From positions 23,581-87,580 of the forward strand of contig JAGOVG010000002.1 in assembly GCA_018060845.1 (NCBI GenBank): a stretch of DNA of 64,000 nucleotides. Reading direction: 5' to 3'. The notes below the pieces were generated by a model that worked only from the letters and a program-made list of their open reading frames with translations, made no database searches and was not told the origin of the DNA. Made by a program: the position numbers and the translations under genes. This stretch comes from Candidatus Woesebacteria bacterium. GTDB lineage: Bacteria > Patescibacteriota > Microgenomatia > UBA1400 > UBA12108. This document shows positions 1-10,236 of this stretch, one piece after another (positions within the stretch are counted from its first letter, which is position 1; every line of letters starts with the position of its first letter).

Positions 1-1
1 A

Positions 2-697
2 GTTTTTGATCTTATCAAAACTGACTATATCCTCTATCTCGATGGCGACGAGTCAGTCACACCATCGCTCATTAATAAGCTAGCCGAGCTGGCAGATGGT
101 GGGGTAGATTACGTAAAGATCCCGAGGCAAAATTACATTTTTAATTCTTGGGTTCAAGCTAGTCGGTGGTGGCCAGACTATCAGGTACGTTTTTTCAAAA
201 AAGGTATGGTAACCTTCCCAACCACGCTCCATAGTGAGCCAGTTGCGACTGGTCACGAGGTAGTGCTCCCAGCGACGCCCGATCTCTCAATCAAACATCT
301 CAACTATCAAAACCTAGACGAGTGGTTACAAAAGAATCAACGCTACGCTCGGGCAGATGCTCAGGATCGCATAAACAGCGGTGAGGAATTTAGTATTTTG
401 ACCGCCTGTCGACTCTCAGTCTCTGAGCTAGTGAGCCGCTTTTTTGCAGGATCTGGTTATGCCGATGGCATGCACGGGCTAGTGCTCAGCATCCTCCAGT
501 CTTTCTATTATTTCTTAGTCTATGCCTACTACTGGGAAGGTAAAAAATATGAGAGCAACCTCTCAATACAGGAGATCAAATCAGTGCCACGAAAATGGTT
601 TGGCCACGGCTTGTCTGAGATTATGTTTTGGGACAATCAGGACAATGGTTTGCTTAATAAGCTCAAGGGGAAACTCAAGCGAAAGTTACTAGCATGA
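2..697 (+). CDS. GT2 glycosyltransferase, WaaE/KdtX-like, C-terminal part (5' end lies outside the window)
   Basis: Frame 2 is open from the window edge to TGA 695-697. Translation VFDLIKTDYILYLDGDESVTP...IPRQNYIFNSWVQASRWWPDYQVRFFKKG parallels the DxDE ... RRNY.LG...HGG.YPD...RLF block of the paralogs at 2986-3774 and 10237-11046. Confidence 0.7.
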   Translation, partial: VFDLIKTDYILYLDGDESVTPSLINKLAELADGGVDYVKIPRQNYIFNSWVQASRWWPDYQVRFFKKGMVTFPTTLHSEPVATGHEVVLPATPDLSIKHLNYQNLDEWLQKNQRYARADAQDRINSGEEFSILTACRLSVSELVSRFFAGSGYADGMHGLVLSILQSFYYFLVYAYYWEGKKYESNLSIQEIKSVPRKWFGHGLSEIMFWDNQDNGLLNKLKGKLKRKLLA

Positions 698-1584
698 AAA
701 AGACAAAAAAAATCAAACACGCGGCAATATTGATCAACTATTCTGATGCAAAAACTACCGCTGACTGCGTTAACAGTATCAAGGCTTCCAAGGATGCTCC
801 GCACATAATCGTCGTCGATAATGGCAGTAGCGATGAGTGTATTGCAGAACTAAAGTCTCTCTGCCCTAATCTAGACCTAATCCAAGCCGGTAGCAATCTC
901 GGATACTCCGCTGGCAATAATATCGGAATCAAAAAAGCACTGAGGCTGGGCGCGCAGGTCGTCTATATTATCAACAACGATACACTAGTAGACCAGAACC
1001 TTTTCTTTAGAGCTTACCGCTATGTTGCCAACAAGACTCGTATTGCAGGCGCTAAGATTTACTACGCAAAAGGTCATGAATATCACGAGGAGTCTAAGGG
1101 GAAGGGGGATATCCTCTGGTATGCTGGCGGATATTTTGATTATGCAACAGCGACTGCTCGCCACTACGGGATCGATGAGCGCGATCAGTCTCAGTATGAC
1201 AAAATCAGACCTGTTGAGTTTGTAACTGGTTGTTTTATGGCAATTCCCCGAGTAGTGCTAAACAAAATCGGCAACTTTAGCGAGGAATATTTCCTCTATC
1301 TAGAAGATACGGACTATTGCTTGCGCGCACAACAGCGTGGGGTCGAGGTAATGTATAACCCTAATCTCGTGCTATATCATCTCAATGGCGGTAGTACCAA
1401 AGCCGGAAGCAAGTTAGTTGACTATTACATGACCAGAAATCGCTTTTTGATCGCTAAGAGGTACGGGAGCTGGAGACTCAGGTTTGCACTACTTAGGGAG
1501 GGGCTGCGTAACTGGTCCGACCCCACTCGAAGGCGCGCACTAATTGATTACCTGAGTAGTAAGTTGGGTAATCGCAGCCTATGA
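694..1584 (+). CDS. GT2 family glycosyltransferase (rhamnosyl/galactofuranosyl-transferase-like)
   Basis: ATG 694 overlaps the upstream TGA (ATGA). Motifs VVDNGSSDEC, YSAGNNIGIK and ED.DYCLRA are typical of GT2 (GT-A fold, DxD). Confidence 0.75.
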   Translation: MKKTKKIKHAAILINYSDAKTTADCVNSIKASKDAPHIIVVDNGSSDECIAELKSLCPNLDLIQAGSNLGYSAGNNIGIKKALRLGAQVVYIINNDTLVDQNLFFRAYRYVANKTRIAGAKIYYAKGHEYHEESKGKGDILWYAGGYFDYATATARHYGIDERDQSQYDKIRPVEFVTGCFMAIPRVVLNKIGNFSEEYFLYLEDTDYCLRAQQRGVEVMYNPNLVLYHLNGGSTKAGSKLVDYYMTRNRFLIAKRYGSWRLRFALLREGLRNWSDPTRRRALIDYLSSKLGNRSL

Positions 1585-3008
1585 TCAAACTAGATTCAAA
1601 TATTCTAAAAAAGATTACTCTGTTCTTCTTGGCAGTTACTACTATTCTGCTATACCACAACCTCGGGCGGGACTACCTCTATGACTGGGATGAGAGTATC
1701 TATGCTCAACTAGGTGTCGAACAGTCAATAAATACTTTGCTCACTCCTACCTGGAATGGTGAATTATGGTTAGAAAAACCACCACTTATCGCTCACCTGA
1801 CAGCGCTTGGGAATGTGGTTAGTAGTGATGGAGAGCTAGGTGCACGGCTATTTATCCCGATAGCCACACTAGTTACCTTGGTCTCAGTCTATGTGATTGG
1901 TGTTCACATCGGGGGAGCTGTTACTGGCTCGATTGGTACTATGATGCTCATGTATTTTGATCTCTTTATTGGTCGAAGTCGAAGTGTTAATACCGATATC
2001 TTCTTGCTCGCAGGGATAACCCTCGCAGTCGCCCTAATCCTCAAAAATGCCAAAACTTACTTAGTTGCACTCGCTCTCGCACTCGCCATCTTAGCCAAAG
2101 GTCCCGCCGGCATCCTCGCCATTTTTATCATGCTGCCGCTCTTGCTAAGCAAACCAAAAAAATACATTCTACTTTCTACTATCTACTTACTACTCTTCAC
2201 TCTCCCATGGCATCTCTACCAGCTATTCATAAATGGGGCAGATTTTTACACACCATATCTACTAGAGCAAGTGATCAGGCGCGCTACAGTCCCGATCGAG
2301 TTTCATATGGAGTCTCGCTGGTTTTATTTTGTGCACTTATATCGAGATCTGGGTGTTGGAGTGTTGCTTGCGTCAGTACTCGGACTGTTAGCATCACTCA
2401 AAAAAAAGAACTACTTACTAGTATGGTGGGTGGTTTTGCCACTCGCAATTTTTACTATTGCTAAGACTCGGCTATCTTGGTATATCCTGCCAGTATATCC
2501 CGCGATCGCTCTCTCAATCGGTTATATTTTTGAATATTTAACTAGTGGCGTAGCCAAAAAATATCGATGGGCTCTAGTCGGACTTGTATCACTAATTGCC
2601 TTGCAATCACTTTTGCATCTTGGTAAGACTACAGAGGTGAGTAGAGTAAATACCACCTATCCCGACCACATTAAGATCGCACTCACTCTATCCGACTATC
2701 TAGAGCCATCCATCGCGTTCTTGGTGAGCCAGAGCGAGCGAACCGCTGAGGCTATTCTGCCGGATAGTCAGCGGCTCAGCAGCAGCTTCCGCTACGGTGG
2801 TGCACCATCGGTAGTTTTTTATAGTGGTAAAAAAGTTGCGTATTATTACAACTATGATCTTTTTATCAAAGACTTAAACGAAGGTGTTCATGAGCTAGCG
2901 GTAGTCACGATAGGGGATATCGACAAAGTCCCAGACAATTACCGAGAAGTTGGGCGTGAGGGTGCATACTATGCCTACCAGAAAGATGTCTCATATGCTA
3001 AGCGTTAG
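1581..3008 (+). CDS. Polytopic membrane glycosyltransferase, GT-C fold (PMT/ArnT-like, GT39/GT83-type)
   Basis: 475 aa with about 11 predicted TM helices. The first extracytoplasmic loop carries YDWDESIYAQ (D-E motif of PMT/ArnT-type GT-C). ATGA overlap with the upstream gene. Confidence 0.65.
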   Translation: MIKLDSNILKKITLFFLAVTTILLYHNLGRDYLYDWDESIYAQLGVEQSINTLLTPTWNGELWLEKPPLIAHLTALGNVVSSDGELGARLFIPIATLVTLVSVYVIGVHIGGAVTGSIGTMMLMYFDLFIGRSRSVNTDIFLLAGITLAVALILKNAKTYLVALALALAILAKGPAGILAIFIMLPLLLSKPKKYILLSTIYLLLFTLPWHLYQLFINGADFYTPYLLEQVIRRATVPIEFHMESRWFYFVHLYRDLGVGVLLASVLGLLASLKKKNYLLVWWVVLPLAIFTIAKTRLSWYILPVYPAIALSIGYIFEYLTSGVAKKYRWALVGLVSLIALQSLLHLGKTTEVSRVNTTYPDHIKIALTLSDYLEPSIAFLVSQSERTAEAILPDSQRLSSSFRYGGAPSVVFYSGKKVAYYYNYDLFIKDLNEGVHELAVVTIGDIDKVPDNYREVGREGAYYAYQKDVSYAKR

Positions 3009-3774
3009 TACACAAATAGCAAAAGAAGATGATCTATCGGTTTTTGCACGCATGCTGGATAGTGTCCGCTCGGCCGATGAGGTAATTATCTTTAATATGG
3101 AGCGCAAGGATAGTGAAGCACAAAAACTTTTTGGCAAATATCATGCTCGGGTAATTAACATCAAAACCCCGAAAGTTGTCGAAGAGATCAGGGAGCGTCA
3201 GATCAAAGAGTCTAAATCTGATTGGATACTAGTTATGGACTACGACGAGGTAATAACAGCAGGTCTCGCCAAAGAGATTAAAAAAGTGGTAGGAAGTAGT
3301 AATCAAAAGTATGGTGCCTATTACATAACTCGCCGCAACTATTCGCTCGGCTATCCATTAAAGCACGGTGGTTTTGGTGACGATGTAGTTCCTCGCTTAT
3401 TCAATAGATCTGAGTTTATAAGCTGGCCTACAGAGATCCACGGTATGCCAAAAATAAAAGGTGAATTTGGTTATCTAACTAACCCAATGGAACATCACAA
3501 AGATGCGAGCCTCGCACAAATGGTCGCAAAGACCAATAGGTATACGGATGTTGAGGCACACCAGTTTTTTGAGGGCGGAGTAGCTGATGTTACCCAGATC
3601 ACTCTGCTTCGCAAAACTATCATGGAGTTTATCAGGCGTTTTGTCATTAAGGCAGGTTTTCTCGATGGCAAGATTGGCACCATCCAAGCTCTCTATCAGA
3701 GCTACGCCATCTATCTGCGCTACGCCAAACTTTACGAAATCCAAAACAATATGAAAATTGAGCACAACCGATAA
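2986..3774 (+). CDS. GT2 glycosyltransferase, WaaE/KdtX-like
   Basis: DYDEVI, YYITRRNYSLGYPLKHGGFGDDVVPRLFNR. The start is ambiguous: in-frame ATGs at 2971, 2986 and 2995, and the track ORF begins at TTG 2950. It overlaps the end of the upstream gene. Confidence 0.7.
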   Translation: MSHMLSVSTQIAKEDDLSVFARMLDSVRSADEVIIFNMERKDSEAQKLFGKYHARVINIKTPKVVEEIRERQIKESKSDWILVMDYDEVITAGLAKEIKKVVGSSNQKYGAYYITRRNYSLGYPLKHGGFGDDVVPRLFNRSEFISWPTEIHGMPKIKGEFGYLTNPMEHHKDASLAQMVAKTNRYTDVEAHQFFEGGVADVTQITLLRKTIMEFIRRFVIKAGFLDGKIGTIQALYQSYAIYLRYAKLYEIQNNMKIEHNR

Positions 3775-3775
3775 T

Positions 3776-4837
3776 ATGAATAATTCGAAATCCCGCAATG
3801 GCGGGAAGGCTCTTATCGTCTCTCCCTACTTAGACCACTTAGGCGGAGGGGAGCGCTATATGCTCACCTGCGCAAGCTCCCTTGAGTCACTCGGTTACGA
3901 AGTGAGTATTGGCTGGGATAACCTGGAGTCTATCAGTAACATCTGTCGCATGCTCGCCATTGATCTAAAAAATCCTGTCTTAGTCCCACATATTCGAGAG
4001 CTATACCACAGCCGCAATCCCCTCGCTATGTTTATGGCTACCCGCCCTTACGACGTTGTGGTCTACCTCTCTGACGGCTCTATCCCCCTGCTAGGTGGCC
4101 GGGTCAATCTGCTTCATATGCAGGTGCCATTTCACAATGTGAATGGATCTAACTGGAAGAACAAACTCAAACTAAAAACTATACATCGAGTTATAGTCAA
4201 TTCGAACTTTACGAAGAAAATAGTCGACTCAGAATATGGCATTGATTCATTTGTCCTCTACCCACCAGTCAGTAGCAATAATAAAGTAGGTGCCAAAGAA
4301 AAAATAATTCTCTCTGTCGGTCGCTTTGAACCTTCGCTCAACGTCAAAAAACAGGATGTCCTGATCAATGCCTTCAAAAAAATCTCATCAACTCTATCAG
4401 ATTGGAAGCTCATACTAGTCGGCGGGAGCACCGAAGATAGCTGGATCAAAGAGTTAAATGAACAGGCTGCCGGCTACAACATCGATATACTGCCAAACGT
4501 AGATAGTACTACTCTAGTAGATCTGTACGGTAAAGCTAGTATCTATTGGCACGCTGCCGGATACGGCGTAGACGAAGCTAGGAGTCCCGAGCTAGTAGAG
4601 CATTTTGGCATTAGTACAGTCGAGGCCATCGCCGCGCGTGTCCTCCCACTAGTCTACCGAGCCGGCGGGCAGACCGAGATAGTCAAGCACGATGATCTGC
4701 TCTGGGAGACTATTGATGAGTTAGTTAACAAAACAATTAACCTTACAAATAAAAACTTTAGTCACTACGAGAGCGTGCTCAAAATTGATAGCTTCTCCGA
4801 AGAGGCATTTAAGAACACTCTAAAAACCTTGTTATGA
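3776..4837 (+). CDS. GT4 family glycosyltransferase (GT-B fold)
   Basis: C-terminal E..G(I)STVEAIAARVLPLVYRAGGQTEIV block is typical of GT4. The first ATG is 3776, immediately after the upstream TAA; the track start at 3758 is a TTG. Confidence 0.7.
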   Translation: MNNSKSRNGGKALIVSPYLDHLGGGERYMLTCASSLESLGYEVSIGWDNLESISNICRMLAIDLKNPVLVPHIRELYHSRNPLAMFMATRPYDVVVYLSDGSIPLLGGRVNLLHMQVPFHNVNGSNWKNKLKLKTIHRVIVNSNFTKKIVDSEYGIDSFVLYPPVSSNNKVGAKEKIILSVGRFEPSLNVKKQDVLINAFKKISSTLSDWKLILVGGSTEDSWIKELNEQAAGYNIDILPNVDSTTLVDLYGKASIYWHAAGYGVDEARSPELVEHFGISTVEAIAARVLPLVYRAGGQTEIVKHDDLLWETIDELVNKTINLTNKNFSHYESVLKIDSFSEEAFKNTLKTLL

Positions 4838-6180
4838 AAATAATATTAAATTACGCCCTACCAATCGGCATCATCATCCTCGCGGCGTTTCTGCGCTTCA
4901 ATAACCTAAGCTACCGTGCACCCTTTGACTGGGATCAAAATCGCGACTACCAAGAAGTAGCAAAGATTGCTTCAGGCAAGCTAACTCTCATTGGTCCTGT
5001 TGCCCGCGGCGAGGGTGGGTTTTTTCTCGGCCCGCTTTATTACTACCTCCTCACTCCATCATTTGTCATAACGGGAGAGGATCCAATTGCACTCCCAGTT
5101 TCTAGCATCTTGTTAGATATTCTTGCAATTGGGCTCATTCTCTACTTAGGCAAGTATCTAGGTAATGCCAAATTTGGCTACCTTTTTTCACTCTTCTACG
5201 CTCTCTCGCCGAGCATGGTAGATGCATCTCTCGTCTCATGGAATGTTGCACTCTTGCCTCTCTGGGTCATCGCGATGCTACTCTTTTTGATCAAGCCAAA
5301 ATACAAAAGTATTGACCTCTTACTTGGTGGACTATTGCTCGGATCTAGCTGGCATATCCATGCGGCACTGATCCCGCTCGCACCTATCCTCCTCCTAGCT
5401 CGCTCCCGCTCTATCTCACTATTTTCTATTAAGTCCTTATGGTTGGTCACAGGCTACCTTCTCATGCTCTCGCCTCTCATCCTCTTTGATATCAGACACG
5501 TGGGGTTGCAGTCTAACTTAATCTCGAGCATGGTGACTGCTCAAGGTGAATCACGCGCTGCACTCCCTCTACTACTTGATTCTGTTTTGTCTCGCTTTGG
5601 CAAAAATCTCTCTAGTATGTTTGGAGGGCCAGGTGATCTTAATCTTTGGTTAGGTATCGTGGGATTATCTACATCTCTAGTTGCGGCCATCCGTGGTAAT
5701 GTGTTGTTGAGATTGTCAGCTCTCGCTGTTATTGCCAACATTACTCTTGTTATCCTCTTGGGATCGGTTGGCTTCCCAGAGTACTATCTCGCAACTGCGA
5801 CGATCGGCACACTACTAATCATTACTTACATCTTGTCTACTCACTGGCTAGGGATAGTCATAGCACTTTCTCTCTCACTTTTTTTACTCGCCACAAATAG
5901 CGCGACCGTTGGTCCATTCACGCTCGGTCACAAACTAGATCTTGTGTCTGTTGTTACAGAAGATAAGAGTCTTCATAAAGTCCTCTATGACCTTCCATAT
6001 GGGCGAGATAGCGGTCTGCCAGTTCTACTTAAACGTAGCGGTGCCCATACAAGTAGCGAGGGCAGAGTAATCTATATGATTAGCGACAAAACCGACCCCT
6101 CGCTATTTATAGAGGGTGAGATCGCGAGCGAGGTAGGCTGGTACGGCGGATTTCGATTAGTAAAGAGGGAGTTAAGATAG
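4834..6180 (+). CDS. Polytopic membrane protein, GT-C-like glycosyltransferase candidate
   Basis: 448 aa and highly hydrophobic. N-proximal loop FDWDQNRDYQEV resembles the PMT/ArnT loop-1 motif. ATGA overlap. Confidence 0.5.
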   Translation: MKIILNYALPIGIIILAAFLRFNNLSYRAPFDWDQNRDYQEVAKIASGKLTLIGPVARGEGGFFLGPLYYYLLTPSFVITGEDPIALPVSSILLDILAIGLILYLGKYLGNAKFGYLFSLFYALSPSMVDASLVSWNVALLPLWVIAMLLFLIKPKYKSIDLLLGGLLLGSSWHIHAALIPLAPILLLARSRSISLFSIKSLWLVTGYLLMLSPLILFDIRHVGLQSNLISSMVTAQGESRAALPLLLDSVLSRFGKNLSSMFGGPGDLNLWLGIVGLSTSLVAAIRGNVLLRLSALAVIANITLVILLGSVGFPEYYLATATIGTLLIITYILSTHWLGIVIALSLSLFLLATNSATVGPFTLGHKLDLVSVVTEDKSLHKVLYDLPYGRDSGLPVLLKRSGAHTSSEGRVIYMISDKTDPSLFIEGEIASEVGWYGGFRLVKRELR

Positions 6181-6184
6181 ATAT

Positions 6185-7096
6185 ATGAAGAAACAATTGA
6201 GTAAGTCCATCACTGTCGCCATTCCCTCTTGGAATAGTGCCAAACAACTAAAGAAAAATTTGCCTTCGGTTATCAACGCAGCCAAAAGGGTAAATGCCGA
6301 GATAATCATTGTCGATGATGCAAGCTCCGATGACTCAGTCGCTATAATCAAAGGAGACTGGGGTTATCCAATCAAGCTTGTACAAAATTCGACCAACCAG
6401 GGATACGGCGAGACCATTAATCGTGCGGTTGCTCTCGCCCAGTCAGAGCTTGTGGTGATCTTAAATACCGACGTCTCGCTAAGCGATGACTGTATCGAAA
6501 AATCACTTCCCTACTTTGTAGATCCATCGGTCTTTGCCTTAGGTTTAAACTCAGGCGAGGGGTATATGCGAGTCAAATGGGATCGCGGACTCTTTCATCA
6601 TTTTAAAGGGGTAACTGGGGTAGAAGATCCTGGCGTTACTCCAAGTAGTCTCTGGGCTTCAGGAGGTCAGAGTGTTGTCAGACGGTCTTATTGGCTAGAG
6701 CTCGGGGGAATGTGTCCACTCTACAAGCCATTTTACTGGGAAGATACAGACCTCGGCTACGCAGCCTGGAAGAGGGGATACACAATCCTCTGGGGTCGGG
6801 ATTGTCACTGTGTTCATGATCACGAATCTAGCGTAATCGCAGGGAGCTTTGGTAAAAAAGATGTGATGGATGTGGCTCAGCGTAATCAGTTCCTCTTTAT
6901 CTGGAAGAATATTAGTGACGTAGGTCTCTTGCTAACTCATCTACTCTATTTACCAATCTATCTGATTCGCTATCCGAGGACCGTCATATCTGCTCTACGC
7001 TATCTACCTACTGCACTTAAATATCGCAAACTTCAGTCACAGTACTGGACACGGCTTGATGAGGATATACTATCAATATGGCGAGACTCACAATGA
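6185..7096 (+). CDS. GT2 family glycosyltransferase
   Basis: VAIPSWNSAKQL, IIVDDASSDDS, YWEDTDLGYAAWKRG. Confidence 0.7.
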   Translation: MKKQLSKSITVAIPSWNSAKQLKKNLPSVINAAKRVNAEIIIVDDASSDDSVAIIKGDWGYPIKLVQNSTNQGYGETINRAVALAQSELVVILNTDVSLSDDCIEKSLPYFVDPSVFALGLNSGEGYMRVKWDRGLFHHFKGVTGVEDPGVTPSSLWASGGQSVVRRSYWLELGGMCPLYKPFYWEDTDLGYAAWKRGYTILWGRDCHCVHDHESSVIAGSFGKKDVMDVAQRNQFLFIWKNISDVGLLLTHLLYLPIYLIRYPRTVISALRYLPTALKYRKLQSQYWTRLDEDILSIWRDSQ

Positions 7097-8730
7097 TCAT
7101 TAGTTTTATCAAGAAACACTTCTTAATCCTGACCCTTGCTCTGGCACTACTCTTGCGTGTAGTCAACCTATCAACTAATCCTCCTGAGCTAAACTGGGAC
7201 GAGATCAGCATGGGCTACACTGCCTACTCACTACTAGAGACTGGTCGAGACGAATGGGGTGAGCCTTGGCCCATTCTCTTCCGCTCGTACGGCGAATGGA
7301 AATCACCTGTCTATATCTACCTCCTCATTCCGTTTATCAAAATTTTTGGCCTTACCGAGTGGGGCGTCAGGTTGCCGGCCGCTCTCTTTGGAGTACTCAC
7401 AGTTTATCTTACATATGTTCTAGCTATCAGGCTCTATTCGCGTCGGGTAGGCCTACTCGCAGCATTATTTCTTGCTGTCTCACCATGGCACCTCATGCTC
7501 TCTCGTCCTGCGTTTGAGGCAGGGGTCGCGCTCGCTCTCATCCTCGCCGGCCTGCTATTTTTCTTAAAAAGCATCGAAAAAAACCCTTTAACCTTTAACC
7601 TTTACGCTTTAATCTCAGCGACAGCGTTTGGTCTCTCACTCCACACCTACCATAGTGCCAAAATCGTGGTACCTCTCCTTATCCTCTACATAGGTTGGGT
7701 ATACAGAGCTCGCTTGAGTCTCAAATCACTCATTGCCCCAATCCTAGTTCTTTCTATTTTTGCATATCCAATAGCAAGCGACGTAGTAACCGGCAAGACT
7801 CAGGCACGCTACAATCAGGTAGGCATCACAACCGATGCCGAGCTGACCGAGCGCTTTTTCCGCTATAGAAACACCGCTCCATTTGGTGAGCTAGGCAACA
7901 AAATAGTTTTTAATAAATATACTTTTATCCTCTCTAAGGGGTTCTCTAACTGGACATCTTACCTCTCCCCACATTTTCTCCTGGGTTCTAGTAGTATCAG
8001 AGCGCAGCATAGTATCCCATTCCGCGGCGTACTATATTTTGTTGAGTTTGGGCTCGCAGTCTATGGATTATTTTTACTCAAAAAGTCCTCCTCGCCACTG
8101 CGATACCTCCCAATCGTGCTCATCCTGGTCGGTTTTATCCCACCAGCACTAACCAAAGATATTTATCATGTGCTCCGTAGCATCTTGACCCTGCCTTGGT
8201 GGCAAGTACTCGCGGCCTTAGGACTCAGCGAGCTATTATCCAATAAAAAGTATCAAAAACTTTCTACTTTTACTTTGCTACTTTTAGCTTGCGAAGTAGT
8301 AATCTTTGTCTTTATCTACTTCGCCTGGTACCCCAATGCCTTTGCCAGGGACTGGCAGTATGGACACAAAGCTATCGCCGCATGGGTTCAGGCTAACGAG
8401 AGTAAGTATAAGCAGGTCTATATGACCAAAGCATATGGAGAACCACAGCTCTTCCTCGCTTTTTACAACAAATGGGATCCTAACTGGTATCAAGAAGAGA
8501 ACAAAAAGTTAATCGAATACGAATCCCGTGGTTACCCGTGGCTAGATCAGCTACCAGAGTATAGTCTCGGCAAATACACTTTTAGAGATATCAACTGGCC
8601 CGTCGATAACGGGAAGAACGAAATGGTCTTTATTGGCAAAGGTGACGACTTTTGGCTCGATACCCCCCACCCACTAAGTATTAACTTCCCCGATGGGACT
8701 GCTGCATTTAGAGTTTCTGAGGGCAAATAG
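7078..8730 (+). CDS. Polytopic membrane glycosyltransferase, GT-C fold (PMT/ArnT-like)
   Basis: 550 aa and multi-TM. Loop-1 motif LNWDEISMGYTAYSL. Overlaps the upstream gene by 19 nt. Confidence 0.65.
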   Translation: MARLTMIISFIKKHFLILTLALALLLRVVNLSTNPPELNWDEISMGYTAYSLLETGRDEWGEPWPILFRSYGEWKSPVYIYLLIPFIKIFGLTEWGVRLPAALFGVLTVYLTYVLAIRLYSRRVGLLAALFLAVSPWHLMLSRPAFEAGVALALILAGLLFFLKSIEKNPLTFNLYALISATAFGLSLHTYHSAKIVVPLLILYIGWVYRARLSLKSLIAPILVLSIFAYPIASDVVTGKTQARYNQVGITTDAELTERFFRYRNTAPFGELGNKIVFNKYTFILSKGFSNWTSYLSPHFLLGSSSIRAQHSIPFRGVLYFVEFGLAVYGLFLLKKSSSPLRYLPIVLILVGFIPPALTKDIYHVLRSILTLPWWQVLAALGLSELLSNKKYQKLSTFTLLLLACEVVIFVFIYFAWYPNAFARDWQYGHKAIAAWVQANESKYKQVYMTKAYGEPQLFLAFYNKWDPNWYQEENKKLIEYESRGYPWLDQLPEYSLGKYTFRDINWPVDNGKNEMVFIGKGDDFWLDTPHPLSINFPDGTAAFRVSEGK

Positions 8731-8731
8731 C

Positions 8732-10222
8732 ATGAACTATTTCAGGCTATTCCTTGTAATACTTGCTCTAGGTATCTTCGCTATAACTCTCCCATACTAT
8801 CGTAGTCATATTTTTGCAGTACATTTCGTAGATGAGGATGACAATATCGTGATCGGCAATTACCTTCGCGAAGGTAAAAAGCTCTACACGGATATTTTCT
8901 CTCAGCATCAACCAAGTATGTTTGTGTTGTCTGCTGCTCTGCAGGATAGAGTCTTCGTAAATAATGTTCAGATGGTCGTTCAGCGTCACCGCGAACTGAT
9001 GATCGTTTGGAGTTTATTATGGGTAATCTTCTTGGTAGCTCGATTTGGTTTTCCACTACTACTAACCACAAGTGTAATCGAAATGTCGAAGATAGCCTTA
9101 TTAGGCAACCTCTTCTTAGCAGAAAGCATAGTGATCTACCCACTCATCTATGTATTAGCCCATTATTTTTTTGCTCCCTCAATCATCAAGACTAGTGAAA
9201 AAATAATCTTATCAATAGTGTTCTGGTTTTTATGGTATAGCTTAACCCCGCTCTGGCCATTATTAATCCTTATATTCTTGATCTTTGGCTATAAAAATCG
9301 TAGTGATATTTCGTTACTCAAAATTTACATCACAACCGCGGCTATATTTACTTTGTTGCTCTTAATAATAACCAATTTTCGCGACTATTTTATTAGTGCT
9401 CTATATATTAACTACAAATATTACATTCCGCTAACAACCCCATTCGGATTCGCAGAATCGATCTACAAATCACTTTTTGCGCCCATCCTGGCTATATTCT
9501 CGACCCACACAGGGGAACTACTCATGCTAATTCGTATACTCTCGGTAGCTTTGATAATAAACATTGCTTACCTCATAAAATCAAAAAAATATATGCAAGT
9601 GGTGATAACTGTAATTTTATTATGGCTTACTTCACTTAGGTATATCGACCCAGCAGGTATGCTATATGGCGTGTTTCATATGCTGCCATGGTTTGCAGTC
9701 TTGACGATACTTTCATTTATAAATGACGCCACCCCAAAACTCGTTAACATCATTATGATGATCATGGTTATACTAGCAGCGTGCGGGGTCGCGCGAACAA
9801 ATCTATTTGACAGTCGTATTCCAGAAAATGACTATTATATTAACTTTTCACCTAAGTCAGATATCAGGGAGGCGGTCAAGATTTTGTCCGTTTCTTCACC
9901 TCAGACAATCTGGGTCGAACCAGTAATGTATTACCCTCATTGGCGAACCAAAGCACGTCCTTACACCAAAATGGTCAACTATTACGGTTGGATGGATCAA
10001 ACCGAGCCAATGAAGAGTGATCTTGATCACAATCTAGAGATAAACTTACCTACAATTGTCTACGCAGAAACTAAGCTAGGAATAGGTACTTATTTAGAAA
10101 AATATATTCCGATTACTAGAGAGGGTAGGCCAAGCGGGCTTTATCTGCGAGCCGATCAAGTTGATGGGTTAAGCAAAGAGACTCGCGCGCACCTGCTATA
10201 TTATAGATTTGAAATTAACTAA
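8732..10222 (+). CDS. Polytopic membrane protein (GT-C candidate)
   Basis: About 497 aa and very hydrophobic. VHFVDEDDNIV acidic loop near the N-terminus. First ATG at 8732, just after the upstream TAG. Confidence 0.45.
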   Translation: MNYFRLFLVILALGIFAITLPYYRSHIFAVHFVDEDDNIVIGNYLREGKKLYTDIFSQHQPSMFVLSAALQDRVFVNNVQMVVQRHRELMIVWSLLWVIFLVARFGFPLLLTTSVIEMSKIALLGNLFLAESIVIYPLIYVLAHYFFAPSIIKTSEKIILSIVFWFLWYSLTPLWPLLILIFLIFGYKNRSDISLLKIYITTAAIFTLLLLIITNFRDYFISALYINYKYYIPLTTPFGFAESIYKSLFAPILAIFSTHTGELLMLIRILSVALIINIAYLIKSKKYMQVVITVILLWLTSLRYIDPAGMLYGVFHMLPWFAVLTILSFINDATPKLVNIIMMIMVILAACGVARTNLFDSRIPENDYYINFSPKSDIREAVKILSVSSPQTIWVEPVMYYPHWRTKARPYTKMVNYYGWMDQTEPMKSDLDHNLEINLPTIVYAETKLGIGTYLEKYIPITREGRPSGLYLRADQVDGLSKETRAHLLYYRFEIN

Positions 10223-10236
10223 GCTATACTAAATAT

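Noticed and set aside
705-712. Homopolymeric tracts (A8 at 705-712, A8 near 2401-2408, T8 at 42094-42101) as slipped-strand phase-variation switches of GT genes
   Set aside because: In a roughly 40% GC genome, A/T runs of 7-8 are expected by chance, and they encode Lys/Phe runs consistent with local protein sequence. There is no evidence of a frameshifted alternative ORF. This is noted only as a low-probability possibility.
738-932. Antisense ORF of 64 aa; similarly 3475-3798(-), 28983-29507(-, 174 aa), 45444-45761(-), 46069-46575(-, 168 aa), 48814-49104(-), 51461-51913(-, 150 aa), 53913-54287(-), 55526-55807(-), 63711-63977(-)
   Set aside because: Each lies entirely inside a confidently assigned sense-strand CDS with recognisable family motifs. 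None has an RBS, and several have low-complexity or odd composition. They are most likely shadow ORFs.
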